NCBI GenBank assembly: GCA_018434075.1
Contig: JAHDQA010000011.1
Location: 735-64,734 of the forward strand
Source: Tissierellaceae bacterium
GTDB taxonomy: Bacteria > Bacillota > Clostridia > Tissierellales > Tissierellaceae
Direction of reading: 5' to 3'
DNA length: 64,000 nucleotides
Under the pieces are notes generated by a model. That model did no database searches. It was not told where the DNA came from and was given only the letters and a program-made list of their open reading frames with translations. The position numbers were made by a program, and so were the translations under genes. Below, piece by piece: positions 1 to 9,811 of this stretch (position 1 is the stretch's first letter; each line of letters opens with the position of its first letter).

Positions 1-1670
1 TAAATATAAACAATCTTGAATTAAGATATTCCACAGATTCAGGGTACACAATTTCGGGAAAGGAAGTGGACCTTAGAAACTTTATTTCGGACAGGATTAT
101 TGAAATTATAAAAGATGATTATAAGAACATTGGGGACAATCTTGCTCATACCAAATTATCAGGTTTAATAAATATAGATGATATTAAATTCATTGAAAAC
201 GTTTTTTATGACATGGAAGAGCTATTTAATGTAGATTATGCAGACGTAGCATTCAATAGTCAAATAATAAGAATATATGTTAGTTTACAAAGGATAATTA
301 GAAATCATGCATTACATTTTGAAGATTATAAAGAGAATATAAAGCTCACTCAAGAATTTGTAATGTCTAATTATATTGCAGGAAAACTAGAGGAGAAGTA
401 CAAAATAGGAATCGATGAAAATGAGAAAATCTATTTTACCATTTGTTTATTGGGAAGTAATTTAGCACAGAAAAAAGAAAATGAGAATTTAGATATAATA
501 ATGATTCAGCTAATGGCCAGAAAACTTATCGAATATGTGAGTTCGAAAACAGATATTGATATAAATGATGATTTAATTCTCTTTAAATTTTTAGTAGAAC
601 ATTTGAAACCGATGATTTATAGAGTTAAATATAACATAGAACTAAAAAATCCTATTCTAGATGAAATAATTGACAACTATAAGGATTTATTTATGATTGT
701 CAAGGATGGCTTAATGAAGATTCAAGATTTTGAAAACATATTGGTGAGTGATGATGAGGTCAGCTACTTGACAATTCATTTTGGAGCCGCCATAGAAAGG
801 AAGAAATTGAGAAATAGTACTAAACCTAAGGTACTTATTGTATGTAATACTGGATATGGTACATCGCAATGGTTAGCAATGCAGATTGAATCAATGTTTA
901 ATGTAGATATAGTAGCCGCAACAAATACACGTAGAATTGATAAAATTTTGATGAACAATAAGATAGACGTTATTATTTCAACAGTAAATATTAAGCCGAT
1001 CAAAAATGTAAAAACAATTTATGTTAGACCTATTTTAACAGAAAATGATGTGAAAGAGCTTAATTTTGAATTTTCTCTTTTAAAAAATAATACTGTTGAA
1101 ATAGATAAAATACTTGAAATAGTTTCAAAACATTGCACAATACATGACAAATTTGGGTTAACTAAAGATTTAGAGATTATTTTTAGCAAACATTTTAATA
1201 TTTCAGAAGGAGTGGAGCAAATTATGTTACAAGACGTGTTAAAAGAAGAGACCATAGAATTGAATGTTGATGTAAAAGATTGGATTGAAGCTGTTAGATT
1301 TGGGGGAGAAATATTATTTAAAAATAAATGTGTTACAGAAAAATACATTCAAGCAATGATTGACACAGTAAAAGAGATAGGACCTTATATTGTAGTCACA
1401 AAAGGAGTTGCGATGCCACACGCTCAACCTGATAAAGGAGCATTAAGAGTAGGAATGAGTTTGATTACACTGAAAAATCCAGTAAACTTTGGTAATGCTG
1501 AGAATGACCCAGTTAATATTATTATTTGTTTTTCAGCTACTGATTCAAAGACTCACTTAAAAGCTTTATCACAGTTAGCTAAACTATTAGATAATGAAGA
1601 AGCTTTACTAAAAATATCATCTTCAAATTCTAAAGCTGAAGTGTTGGAAATTATAAAGGCATATTCATAA
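1..1670 (+). CDS. PRD-containing PTS-regulated transcriptional activator (BglG/MtlR/LicR type), 5' end outside the window
   Basis: The frame of the 66..1670 ORF stays open back to nt 3, so the N-terminal HTH part lies upstream of the window. It has an EIIB-like Cys motif VLIVCNTGYGTS and an EIIA(Mtl/Fru)-type GVAMPHA motif. The layout matches the MtlR paralog at 33488..35569. Confidence 0.8.
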   Translation, partial: NINNLELRYSTDSGYTISGKEVDLRNFISDRIIEIIKDDYKNIGDNLAHTKLSGLINIDDIKFIENVFYDMEELFNVDYADVAFNSQIIRIYVSLQRIIRNHALHFEDYKENIKLTQEFVMSNYIAGKLEEKYKIGIDENEKIYFTICLLGSNLAQKKENENLDIIMIQLMARKLIEYVSSKTDIDINDDLILFKFLVEHLKPMIYRVKYNIELKNPILDEIIDNYKDLFMIVKDGLMKIQDFENILVSDDEVSYLTIHFGAAIERKKLRNSTKPKVLIVCNTGYGTSQWLAMQIESMFNVDIVAATNTRRIDKILMNNKIDVIISTVNIKPIKNVKTIYVRPILTENDVKELNFEFSLLKNNTVEIDKILEIVSKHCTIHDKFGLTKDLEIIFSKHFNISEGVEQIMLQDVLKEETIELNVDVKDWIEAVRFGGEILFKNKCVTEKYIQAMIDTVKEIGPYIVVTKGVAMPHAQPDKGALRVGMSLITLKNPVNFGNAENDPVNIIICFSATDSKTHLKALSQLAKLLDNEEALLKISSSNSKAEVLEIIKAYS

Positions 1671-1689
1671 GCAAAAAGGGGGTGAAAAT

Positions 1690-1983
1690 ATGTTGAAGAT
1701 ATACACTGTTTGTGGGAATGGAATTGGAAGCAGCCTTATGCTTAAAATGAAAATCGATGACATATGCGAAGAACATGGAATAGAAGCAGATGTTGAATCT
1801 ACTGATCTGAATTCCGCACAAGGTAAAAATTGTGATTTGATTGTTACAGTAAAAGAATTAGCTAATCAGTTTGAAGGTAAGGATGTTGCTGTGGTTAGAA
1901 GCTATGTTAACAAAAAGAAAATTGAGGAAGATATATTAGATTTACTTTTAAAGAAGAATAACGAAAAAAATAAATCTAAATAA
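1690..1983 (+). CDS. PTS EIIB component, ascorbate/lactose (UlaB/SgaB) type
   Basis: 97 aa with the N-terminal active-site motif IYTVCGNGIGSS. An AGGGGG RBS lies upstream and the gene sits directly before an EIIC gene. Confidence 0.8.
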   Translation: MLKIYTVCGNGIGSSLMLKMKIDDICEEHGIEADVESTDLNSAQGKNCDLIVTVKELANQFEGKDVAVVRSYVNKKKIEEDILDLLLKKNNEKNKSK

Positions 1984-2012
1984 AACAAAATAAACATAAA
2001 GGAGGAGATTAA

Positions 2013-3386
2013 ATGGAATTACTAAGAATCATTTCTCAAGATATTCTTACACAACCTGCGTTGCTATTAGGATTAATATCTCTGGTAGGGTTAGTAGCAT
2101 TAAAGAGACCATTTAACAAGGTCATGACAGGAACATTAAAACCAATATTAGGATATTTAATGTTAGGTGCAGGTGCTGATTTTCTTGTGTCAAATCTAGA
2201 TCCATTAGGAAAAATGATTGAGCATGGATTTAATATTACAGGTGTTGTTCCAAACAACGAAGCTATAGTTGCGATTGCCCAAGATATATTAGGCAGAGAG
2301 ACAATGTTTATTCTTATAATTGGATTAGTTTTTAATTTGATTATTGCAAGGTTTACTAAATACAAATATATATTTTTAACAGGACATCATTCATTTTTCA
2401 TGGCTTGTTTATTATCAGCAGTTCTAAGCACGTCAGGACTAAAAGGAACTGAATTAAGCTTAATAGGAGGAATGCTATTAGGTGCATGGAGTGCTATATC
2501 ACCAGCTATTGGCCAGAGATACACCTTAAAAGTAACAGACGGAGACGACATTGCAATGGGACACTTTGGAAGTTTAGGATATTATTTATCAGCATGGGTT
2601 GCCAAATTTGTTGGAGATCCAAAAGAAAGTACTGAAGATATAAATGTACCCGAAAAATATGGCTTTTTAAGAGATACTACTATTTCTACTGCCATAACTA
2701 TGCTAGTTTTCTATTTAATTGCTGCAATAGCAGCTGGGCAACAATTTGTGGAAGAACTTTCAGGTGGGACCAATTTTATCGTGTTTGCAATCATGACAGC
2801 TTTAAAATTTGCTGTTGGTGTAACAATAGTATACAATGGAGTTCGAATGATATTAGGTGATTTGATACCGGCTTTTGAAGGTATATCAAAGAAAATCATC
2901 CCAAATGCTGTACCAGCAGTGGACTGTGCAGTTTTCTTCACTTATGCACCTACAGCTGTTATAATTGGGTTCTTGTTTAGTTTTTTAGGTGGAATAATTG
3001 GCATGCTAATTCTCGGAGCTATTGGTAGTGTGCTAATAATACCAGGGCTTGTACCTCACTTCTTTACAGGTGCTACAGCAGGTATTTACGGTAATGCAAC
3101 TGGCGGAAGAAGAGGAGCTATGCTTGGCTCTTTTGTAAATGGACTAGCAATTAGTTTTTTACCTGCTTTATTATTACCTGTTTTAGGAGATTTAGGCTTC
3201 CAAAATACAACATTTGGAGATTTTGATTTTGGAGTTTTAGGAATTATTTTAGGAAGAATTGCTGGTACAGTTGGTAAATATGGAATATATGGAATACTTG
3301 TTATTGCTTTACTGGCATTAATAATTCCTAACTTTATAAAAACAAAATCTGTTGCATTAAATAATGTGTATGAGGAAGAAAAATAA
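2013..3386 (+). CDS. PTS EIIC permease, ascorbate family (UlaA/SgaT-like)
   Basis: 457-aa polytopic membrane protein with UlaA/SgaT-like sequence. AGGAGG RBS; co-directional with the EIIB gene. Confidence 0.8.
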   Translation: MELLRIISQDILTQPALLLGLISLVGLVALKRPFNKVMTGTLKPILGYLMLGAGADFLVSNLDPLGKMIEHGFNITGVVPNNEAIVAIAQDILGRETMFILIIGLVFNLIIARFTKYKYIFLTGHHSFFMACLLSAVLSTSGLKGTELSLIGGMLLGAWSAISPAIGQRYTLKVTDGDDIAMGHFGSLGYYLSAWVAKFVGDPKESTEDINVPEKYGFLRDTTISTAITMLVFYLIAAIAAGQQFVEELSGGTNFIVFAIMTALKFAVGVTIVYNGVRMILGDLIPAFEGISKKIIPNAVPAVDCAVFFTYAPTAVIIGFLFSFLGGIIGMLILGAIGSVLIIPGLVPHFFTGATAGIYGNATGGRRGAMLGSFVNGLAISFLPALLLPVLGDLGFQNTTFGDFDFGVLGIILGRIAGTVGKYGIYGILVIALLALIIPNFIKTKSVALNNVYEEEK

Positions 3387-3412
3387 ATATAATTAGACTG
3401 GAGCTGGATGCT

Positions 3413-4339
3413 TTGGAAATATTGTGTATTGGTCATGCAGCTTATGATTTAACTTTTCCGGTTCATGAGTTTCCTATAGAGAATTTTAAATATGAAATTC
3501 ATGAAAGTATAGAAGGCGTTGGTGGCCCAGCAGCAAATGCTTCTTATCTATTGGCAAAATGGGGTGTAAAAGTCGGATTTTGCGGTATTTTTGGTGAAGA
3601 TTTTTATGGAACAAAATTAGCAGAAGAATTAACTGATATTGGCGTTAACTTAAGTCTTGCTAAAACATTAAATTCTTACAAAACTCCATTGTCAATTATA
3701 TTAGTTAATAAGAAAAATGGTTCAAGAACGATAATTAATAGAAAAGACCAGATGAAACAGTTGATATTTGATATAGATAGCATAGTTGACTTAAAGCCAA
3801 AAATAATTTTATATGATGGCCATGAACCCAAATTAACAAAAAAATGTATAGAAGTATGTAAAGATGCTCAATTAATTTTTGATGCAGGGAGCTATAGAGA
3901 AAATATTGATGAACTTATTTTTGCTGCTGATTATTTAATTGCATCAGAAAGGTTTATAAATCAATTCATATCAAAAATGAACATAGTATCTGATATGGAT
4001 GATAAATATGAAATAGCCATTCATCGGCTTAAAAGTTTGACAAAAGGAAAAGTTATAGTTACTTTAGGTGAGAAAGGGTTAATGTATGAAGAATCAGGAG
4101 CTATAAAAAAGATGGACGCAATTAGAACAAATACTGTCGACTCGACTGGTGCAGGAGATATATTTCATGGTGCATTTGCCTATGGATTGCTAAAAGAATA
4201 TGAACTTGAATCATCCTTACTTCTAGCACAGGCTGCCGCATCACTTTCTGTAGAGAAATATGGAAGTAGCAAATCTATACCAACATTAGAATTAGTCATC
4301 AATAAATTGAAAGGAATGAATTTGGTGGACATGAAGTAG
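3413..4339 (+). CDS. PfkB-family sugar / sugar-phosphate kinase
   Basis: 308 aa with ribokinase-fold signatures GGPAANA (N-terminal) and DSTGAGDIFHGAF (C-terminal). TTG start preceded by GGAG. Confidence 0.75.
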   Translation: MEILCIGHAAYDLTFPVHEFPIENFKYEIHESIEGVGGPAANASYLLAKWGVKVGFCGIFGEDFYGTKLAEELTDIGVNLSLAKTLNSYKTPLSIILVNKKNGSRTIINRKDQMKQLIFDIDSIVDLKPKIILYDGHEPKLTKKCIEVCKDAQLIFDAGSYRENIDELIFAADYLIASERFINQFISKMNIVSDMDDKYEIAIHRLKSLTKGKVIVTLGEKGLMYEESGAIKKMDAIRTNTVDSTGAGDIFHGAFAYGLLKEYELESSLLLAQAAASLSVEKYGSSKSIPTLELVINKLKGMNLVDMK

Positions 4340-4348
4340 AATTAAAAT

Positions 4349-4374
4349 AAAGAGAGGCCATCCTCTCTTTTTTT
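4349..4374. terminator. Bidirectional rho-independent terminator
   Basis: 9-bp stem AAAGAGAGG/CCTCTCTTT with loop CCAT, followed by a T-run. It lies between convergent genes. Confidence 0.7.
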
Positions 4375-5614
4375 AATTATTTTCTCTTGCTATTCCTCTT
4401 GATATAAACATAAAACTTGCTATAAATCTCAATATCGCTATTACTATAAGCGCTATTGCAATATTTGACATATCTTTTATAGCTACTCCCATTATTGGAG
4501 CTACTGCTGACACTATTGCGGTTATTGTGTTGTATATAGCTATGTAAATTGTCCTATTGGCTGAAGGGGTTACTTCTAGGAGCATGTTAAACAAAATCAG
4601 ATTTGTCCCAGCGACAGATATTCCTATAACTATATTAAACAGCACCAACATAAATATATTTGTCGATAGCACATAAAAAATAGGTGTAATTGCCATTCCA
4701 ATAAGCGCTATCCCAAGTGCGAGATTATTTCCCTTTTTATCTGCAAATTTTGCCCATCTTGTAAATGAGAGTATCGACGAAAGACTACTTGATATAGAGA
4801 TAGCGCTTAGCCAAAACTCATTTGCACCCAACACTTTTATAGTGTAGATGTTAAAGAGCGGTTGGGCCCCCATCCAACCTATATAAAAGAATGCTGATAT
4901 CATAGTGAATACGAGAAAATTCTTTTCTTTTGGCAGATTTTTAATTGTCGATTTTAATGAGTCTATGTAGTTTGCTGTTTTCCTTTTCTTTTTCATGCCT
5001 CTGAATTTCAAAAAGCTTATGACTTCTCCGAGTGAGAAAATGAATGCTGAAAAGAAAAATACCTGATAGAGCCTTATAGAACCTTCATTGGTCTTTGGAA
5101 TATATGTAAGCAATTGCCCTGAGATGAAAGTTACAGCTAATGCAAATATAGTGGAGTACTTATTTCTAAGCCCCATTGCATTCCCTCGATCTTCTATAGA
5201 GAATACATCTCCGATGCTAGATTGATATCCCATGGTTGCGATAGCTCCGGGCAAGTTCATCAAGCCTATTATGGTTACAAATATACTTGCTTGATTGATT
5301 CCCTTCAAGAATGGCAATAAAGCTAAAACAAGATAAAATAATTTATGCATAAACATGATAGTTCCAGTGGTTTTCTTTTTGTCACTCAGACTTTCAATGA
5401 GAATTGCGCCTGGAATATATGCAAATATGCTTACAAAGTACGGAAAACTAGTTAGATAAGCTATTTGATAGTCCGTAGCTCCCAATCTTTCAGCAAACTT
5501 CGCTAAATACGGATTTACTAAGTTGAAAGCAATAGCTGCAAATACTCCATTAATAATATTCACTTTTATGTTGTACGAAACTAATTTTTCTTTAAGCGAA
5601 AGTTTTTCGCTCAT
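4373..5614 (-). CDS. MFS transporter
   Basis: 413 aa with about 12 predicted hydrophobic segments and a basic central loop (KKKRK). GGAGGA RBS. Confidence 0.7.
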   Translation of the reverse strand: MSEKLSLKEKLVSYNIKVNIINGVFAAIAFNLVNPYLAKFAERLGATDYQIAYLTSFPYFVSIFAYIPGAILIESLSDKKKTTGTIMFMHKLFYLVLALLPFLKGINQASIFVTIIGLMNLPGAIATMGYQSSIGDVFSIEDRGNAMGLRNKYSTIFALAVTFISGQLLTYIPKTNEGSIRLYQVFFFSAFIFSLGEVISFLKFRGMKKKRKTANYIDSLKSTIKNLPKEKNFLVFTMISAFFYIGWMGAQPLFNIYTIKVLGANEFWLSAISISSSLSSILSFTRWAKFADKKGNNLALGIALIGMAITPIFYVLSTNIFMLVLFNIVIGISVAGTNLILFNMLLEVTPSANRTIYIAIYNTITAIVSAVAPIMGVAIKDMSNIAIALIVIAILRFIASFMFISRGIARENN

Positions 5615-5766
5615 ATTATTCCTCCACAGGATAAATTTAGAGACACAAATTATTATACATTATATTCGTTCCTTTTACTATATGGTATATAAATATTGCC
5701 AAAATATATTCATAAATGTTTAAATTGTGATAGAATGAATATAAATACTGACATTTGAGGTGGATT

Positions 5767-6630
5767 GTGAAAAAATTTCTTTCTTATTTAATCATTTTAA
5801 CAGTTGTAATTGTTTCGTTGCTATCTTTGCAGTCAGAAGACAGCAATTTCTCATTGGAATCGTTGTTTGGCTCGGATGATTTTGAGGTTCATTTCATCGA
5901 CGTTGGCCAGGGCGATAGCTCTTTGGTTATAACGCCAAATAAAAAAGTGATGCTAATTGACGCAGGGACTAAAGAAAGCTTTAAAGGTTTAGTTGACTAT
6001 TTAAAGAAAGTAGGAGTGGATACAATAGACGTTTTTGTATTGACACATCCCCATTCTGATCATATAGGTGGAGCTGTTGATATAATGAACAACTTCGAAG
6101 TAAAACAAGTTTTAGACAGTGGATTTGTCCATACTAGTGTTACATATGAAAAATACTTAGACAAAATTGATGAGAAGAACATTTCGTTTAAAGTTGTGAA
6201 AGCAGGTGATGAGTTTAATTTAGATGGTGTTTTAGTTTCTATATTAAGTCCTGACAAGCCGAAGGAAGATGCGAACAACAGCTCTGTCGTAATGAGAGTT
6301 GAGTACGAAGATTTCTCCTGCATGTTTACCGGTGATGTGGAAGCACAGACGGAAGAAGAGATAATAAATAGTTATCCTGATATCCAATCAGTTTGTTTAA
6401 AAGTTGCTCATCATGGAAGCGATACTTCCAGTAGTAAAGAATTTTTAGATAAAGTTAGGCCATTGGTTTCAGTGATAGAGGTGGGGAAGGACAATCCTTA
6501 TGGGCATCCAACCAAAGCTGTTTTGAAGAGATTAAATAGCATTGGCTCGAAAGTTTATAGAACTGATTTGAATGGCACAGTTATAATCAAGTCAGATGGC
6601 AGCGATTATTCCGTAGAGACTACAAAGTAG
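5767..6630 (+). CDS. Secreted/membrane-anchored MBL-fold hydrolase, stand-alone ComEC C-terminal-domain type
   Basis: MBL motifs HFIDVGQGDS and THPHSDHIGG, plus an N-terminal signal/anchor. The ORF opens at 5755 (TTG), but the GTG at 5767 follows the GAGGTGG RBS. Confidence 0.7.
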   Translation: MKKFLSYLIILTVVIVSLLSLQSEDSNFSLESLFGSDDFEVHFIDVGQGDSSLVITPNKKVMLIDAGTKESFKGLVDYLKKVGVDTIDVFVLTHPHSDHIGGAVDIMNNFEVKQVLDSGFVHTSVTYEKYLDKIDEKNISFKVVKAGDEFNLDGVLVSILSPDKPKEDANNSSVVMRVEYEDFSCMFTGDVEAQTEEEIINSYPDIQSVCLKVAHHGSDTSSSKEFLDKVRPLVSVIEVGKDNPYGHPTKAVLKRLNSIGSKVYRTDLNGTVIIKSDGSDYSVETTK

Positions 6631-6639
6631 GTGAATTAT

Positions 6640-6855
6640 ATGAAAACTATTGGCATTGTCGATAGATTTGAAGGAGATTTTGTTATAGTGGAACTATTTG
6701 AGGATTTCTACTCATTTCCTAAGAGATTGTTTCCTGAGGATACTTCTGAAGGAGATATTGTCACTATTGACATAGAAATCGAAAGAGAATCTACAGATGA
6801 CAGGAAAAAGAAAATGGAAGAGAAACTAAGAAAACTAATTGAAAAAAATAATTAA
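6640..6855 (+). CDS. DUF3006-family small protein
   Basis: N-terminus MKTIGIVDRFEGDFVIVEL is typical of DUF3006. ATG at 6640 follows AGGTG. This family is a usual partner of ComEC-like MBL genes. Confidence 0.65.
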   Translation: MKTIGIVDRFEGDFVIVELFEDFYSFPKRLFPEDTSEGDIVTIDIEIERESTDDRKKKMEEKLRKLIEKNN

Positions 6856-6867
6856 TGGGGGATCTTT

Positions 6868-7854
6868 ATGCTATATGGTATTGAAAAACTAAACTTAGCT
6901 AATTTGCCTACACCAATTGAAAAATTAGAAAAAGTCTCGTTCTGTTTAAATAAAAATGTGTACATAAAAAGAGATGACTACACAGGGTTTGAGTTTTCTG
7001 GAAATAAGATAAGAAAACTCGAATTTAGTGTTAATGAGGCGCTTAAAAAAGGTGCTAATCATTTGATTACTTGTGGAGCTATGCAATCAAATCACGCAAG
7101 GGCAACGGCGGTTGTTGCTGCAAAGATAGGGCTTGGATGCACACTCATTTTAAAGGGAAATGAGAGGGATGAAGTGGACGGAAACTATTTTTTAGATAAG
7201 CTTTTTGGTGCCGAGGTTGTATTTGTATCAGCTGATGATTATGCATTTAGGCGAAACGAAATAATGGAAAACACTAAAGAAGAGTTGCGAAAAAAAGGAC
7301 TAAAGCCATATATCATACCAGAAGGTGCTTCAAACGGCATAGGGTCACTAGGTTATATAAATTGTTTTGAGGAAATTTTAATTCAGGAGAAAGAATTGGG
7401 CATAGATTTTGACGCAATTGTAGTTGCAGTTGGATCAGGAGGCACATATACTGGTCTGTATTTGGGCAATCAATTGCACAAGTCAAATAAAGAAATTATT
7501 GGATTCAACGTCTCAAGCACTGCGGAGCATTTTATCAATAGAGTTTCTGAACTTGTCGATGAAACACTGTCATTATTGCAAGGAGATTTTAAAGTAAGCA
7601 AAGAGCATATAAACATCATAGATGGTTATGTTGGCAGAGGATATGCTATAAGTAGAGTTGAAGAATTGGAGTTTATTGAAAAAATAGCCCAAAATGAAGG
7701 GTTTCTCTTAGATCCAGTTTATTCAGGAAAAGCTTTTTATGGGCTTTTTAATGAAATTCAAAATGGGAAATTAAATAGTTTTAATAATATTTTATTTGTT
7801 CATACTGGCGGACAGTTTGGGATATTTCCAAAGAGATCTTTATTTGAGCTATAA
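6868..7854 (+). CDS. D-cysteine desulfhydrase / ACC deaminase family PLP enzyme
   Basis: 328 aa. PLP-lysine motif SGNKIRKLEF and GAMQSNHARA. Confidence 0.75.
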   Translation: MLYGIEKLNLANLPTPIEKLEKVSFCLNKNVYIKRDDYTGFEFSGNKIRKLEFSVNEALKKGANHLITCGAMQSNHARATAVVAAKIGLGCTLILKGNERDEVDGNYFLDKLFGAEVVFVSADDYAFRRNEIMENTKEELRKKGLKPYIIPEGASNGIGSLGYINCFEEILIQEKELGIDFDAIVVAVGSGGTYTGLYLGNQLHKSNKEIIGFNVSSTAEHFINRVSELVDETLSLLQGDFKVSKEHINIIDGYVGRGYAISRVEELEFIEKIAQNEGFLLDPVYSGKAFYGLFNEIQNGKLNSFNNILFVHTGGQFGIFPKRSLFEL

Positions 7855-7990
7855 TAAACTAAGCTTTAAATTTCTTCTAATACCTTTCAGGATAAATTGG
7901 CGTATGGATAGTCACATAAAAGCAATAGTTTATAATCTTCATTTAATATGGTACAATTTAATATATAGATTCACGAAAGGATGTGCATTT

Positions 7991-8476
7991 ATGGTAAATC
8001 CAATAGCAACAATCGAAATGGAAAATGGCAAAAAAATCAAGTTAGAGCTTTATCCAGACGTAGCTCCTATAACAGTTGAAAATTTCATTAAATTAGCAAA
8101 GGAAAATTTTTATGATGGAGTTATCTTTCACAGAGTGATAAAGGGATTTATGATACAAGGTGGAGATCCTGAAGGCACTGGAATGGGTGGCCCTGGTTAC
8201 AGCATAAAGGGCGAGTTTAAAGAGAACGGCTTTGAAAACAACTTAAAGCATGAAAGAGGAGTCATTTCTATGGCAAGAGCAATTGATCCTAACTCAGCTG
8301 GGTCTCAATTTTTTATCATGCACCAAGATGCACCTCATTTAGATGGTTCATATGCTGCTTTTGGCAGAGTTATTGAAGGAATGGAAGTTGTAGATGAGAT
8401 TGCAAATGTTAAAACTGACTTTAGAGATAGGCCAATTGAAAAACAAATGATAAAAACTATAACAGTCGAAGAATAA
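7991..8476 (+). CDS. ppiB: Cyclophilin-type peptidyl-prolyl cis-trans isomerase
   Basis: Motifs FHRVIKGFMIQGGDP and SQFFI. The ORF is open from 7796, but homology and the RBS (AAAGGATG) begin at the ATG at 7991. Confidence 0.85.
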   Translation: MVNPIATIEMENGKKIKLELYPDVAPITVENFIKLAKENFYDGVIFHRVIKGFMIQGGDPEGTGMGGPGYSIKGEFKENGFENNLKHERGVISMARAIDPNSAGSQFFIMHQDAPHLDGSYAAFGRVIEGMEVVDEIANVKTDFRDRPIEKQMIKTITVEE

Positions 8477-8493
8477 ACCTAGGAGGGCTAAAC

Positions 8494-8919
8494 ATGGAAT
8501 ATAGAGCTTTTGGAAATAAATATATCGCAAGGATAAATAAAGGAGAAGAGATTGTACAAAAGATCAAGGAACTAGTGGAAAAGGAAAATATTAAACTAGG
8601 CTCAATCACAGGGATAGGCGCAGTGGGTACTGCTACTATAGGGTTATTTGATACAAACACTAAAGAGTATCACTCTACAAAGCTCGAGGGCGATTTTGAA
8701 ATAACAAGTCTTATCGGAAATATTTCCACTAAAAATGGTGAAACTTATCTTCATATGCACATTGCATTAGGAGATGAAGAGTACCATGTTTATGGAGGGC
8801 ATTTAAACGAAGCTGTTGTCAGTGCAACTTGTGAATTGGTTATAGAAAAAATAGATGGGGTTGTGGAAAGGGAGTTTGATGAAAATTCAGGTCTAAATCT
8901 TTACAAATTTGTCGATTAG
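8494..8919 (+). CDS. PPC (DUF296) domain protein
   Basis: 141 aa with a PPC/DUF296-like pattern (GSITGIGAV...HMHIALGD). AGGAGGG RBS. Confidence 0.6.
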   Translation: MEYRAFGNKYIARINKGEEIVQKIKELVEKENIKLGSITGIGAVGTATIGLFDTNTKEYHSTKLEGDFEITSLIGNISTKNGETYLHMHIALGDEEYHVYGGHLNEAVVSATCELVIEKIDGVVEREFDENSGLNLYKFVD

Positions 8920-8929
8920 GAGGGATTAC

Positions 8930-9811
8930 ATGAGAGTCAAAAAGGCTGTTATACCTGCTGCAGGTCTTGGAACTAGGTTTTTGCCAGCTACTAAAGCTCA
9001 GCCTAAAGAGATGCTACCTATAGTTGACAAACCTACACTTCAATATATCATAGAGGAAGCTGTGGAGTCGGGAATTGAAGAGATCTTAATAATTACAGGT
9101 AGAAACAAAAAAAGTATTGAAGATCATTTTGACAAATCAATTGAACTTGAACTTGAACTTGAAAGGGCAGGTAAGCTCGACCTTTTAGAAGAAGTGAGGA
9201 GAACTTCTGATTTGGCTGATATTTACTATATAAGGCAAAAACAACCTTTGGGGCTTGGACATGCTATTTATTGTGCCAAGACATTTATTGACAATGAGCC
9301 ATTTGCAGTCCTTTTAGGCGACGATGTTGTTTACAATCCTGAGAAGCCTTGTTTAAAGCAGATGATAGATGTTTATGATGAGTATAAAACCACTATTTTA
9401 GGTGTTCAGCAAGTAGATTATGAAGATGTAAGTAAATACGGCATTGTGGATGGGAAACACATCGAAGATAGAGTGTATAAAGTTAAAGACTTAGTAGAAA
9501 AACCTCCTAAGGAATCGGCTCCATCAAATATTGCTATTTTAGGAAGATACATCATAAGCCCTTCTATATTTGAAGTATTGGAGCATACAAAACCGGGGAA
9601 AAATGGCGAGATACAACTCACAGATGCACTAAAAGAACTAGCTAAAAGAGAGGCAATGTACGCATACGATTTTGAAGGTAAGAGATATGATGTAGGAGAT
9701 AAATTGGGATTTTTAGAGGCAACTGTTGAATTTGCATTGAGAAGAAATGACTTGAGAGATGATTTTTTGAAGTATTTATTAGAATTAGTGGAAAGCGAGA
9801 GAGGGATTTAA
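8930..9811 (+). CDS. galU: UTP--glucose-1-phosphate uridylyltransferase
   Basis: N-terminus MRVKKAVIPAAGLGTRFLPATKAQPKEMLP. ATG at 8930 follows GGAGGG. Confidence 0.9.
   Translation: MRVKKAVIPAAGLGTRFLPATKAQPKEMLPIVDKPTLQYIIEEAVESGIEEILIITGRNKKSIEDHFDKSIELELELERAGKLDLLEEVRRTSDLADIYYIRQKQPLGLGHAIYCAKTFIDNEPFAVLLGDDVVYNPEKPCLKQMIDVYDEYKTTILGVQQVDYEDVSKYGIVDGKHIEDRVYKVKDLVEKPPKESAPSNIAILGRYIISPSIFEVLEHTKPGKNGEIQLTDALKELAKREAMYAYDFEGKRYDVGDKLGFLEATVEFALRRNDLRDDFLKYLLELVESERGI

Noticed and set aside
7796-7990. 65-codon N-terminal extension of the cyclophilin ORF, overlapping the end of the DcyD-family gene.
   Set aside because: Homology, the RBS and an extended -10 (TGGTACAAT near 7947) all point to the ATG at 7991. 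The extension has no protein-like features.
9143-9163. (GAACTT)x3 tandem repeat.
   Set aside because: It lies inside galU and encodes ELELELE in a helix-like region. It is too short to call a variable microsatellite without population data.
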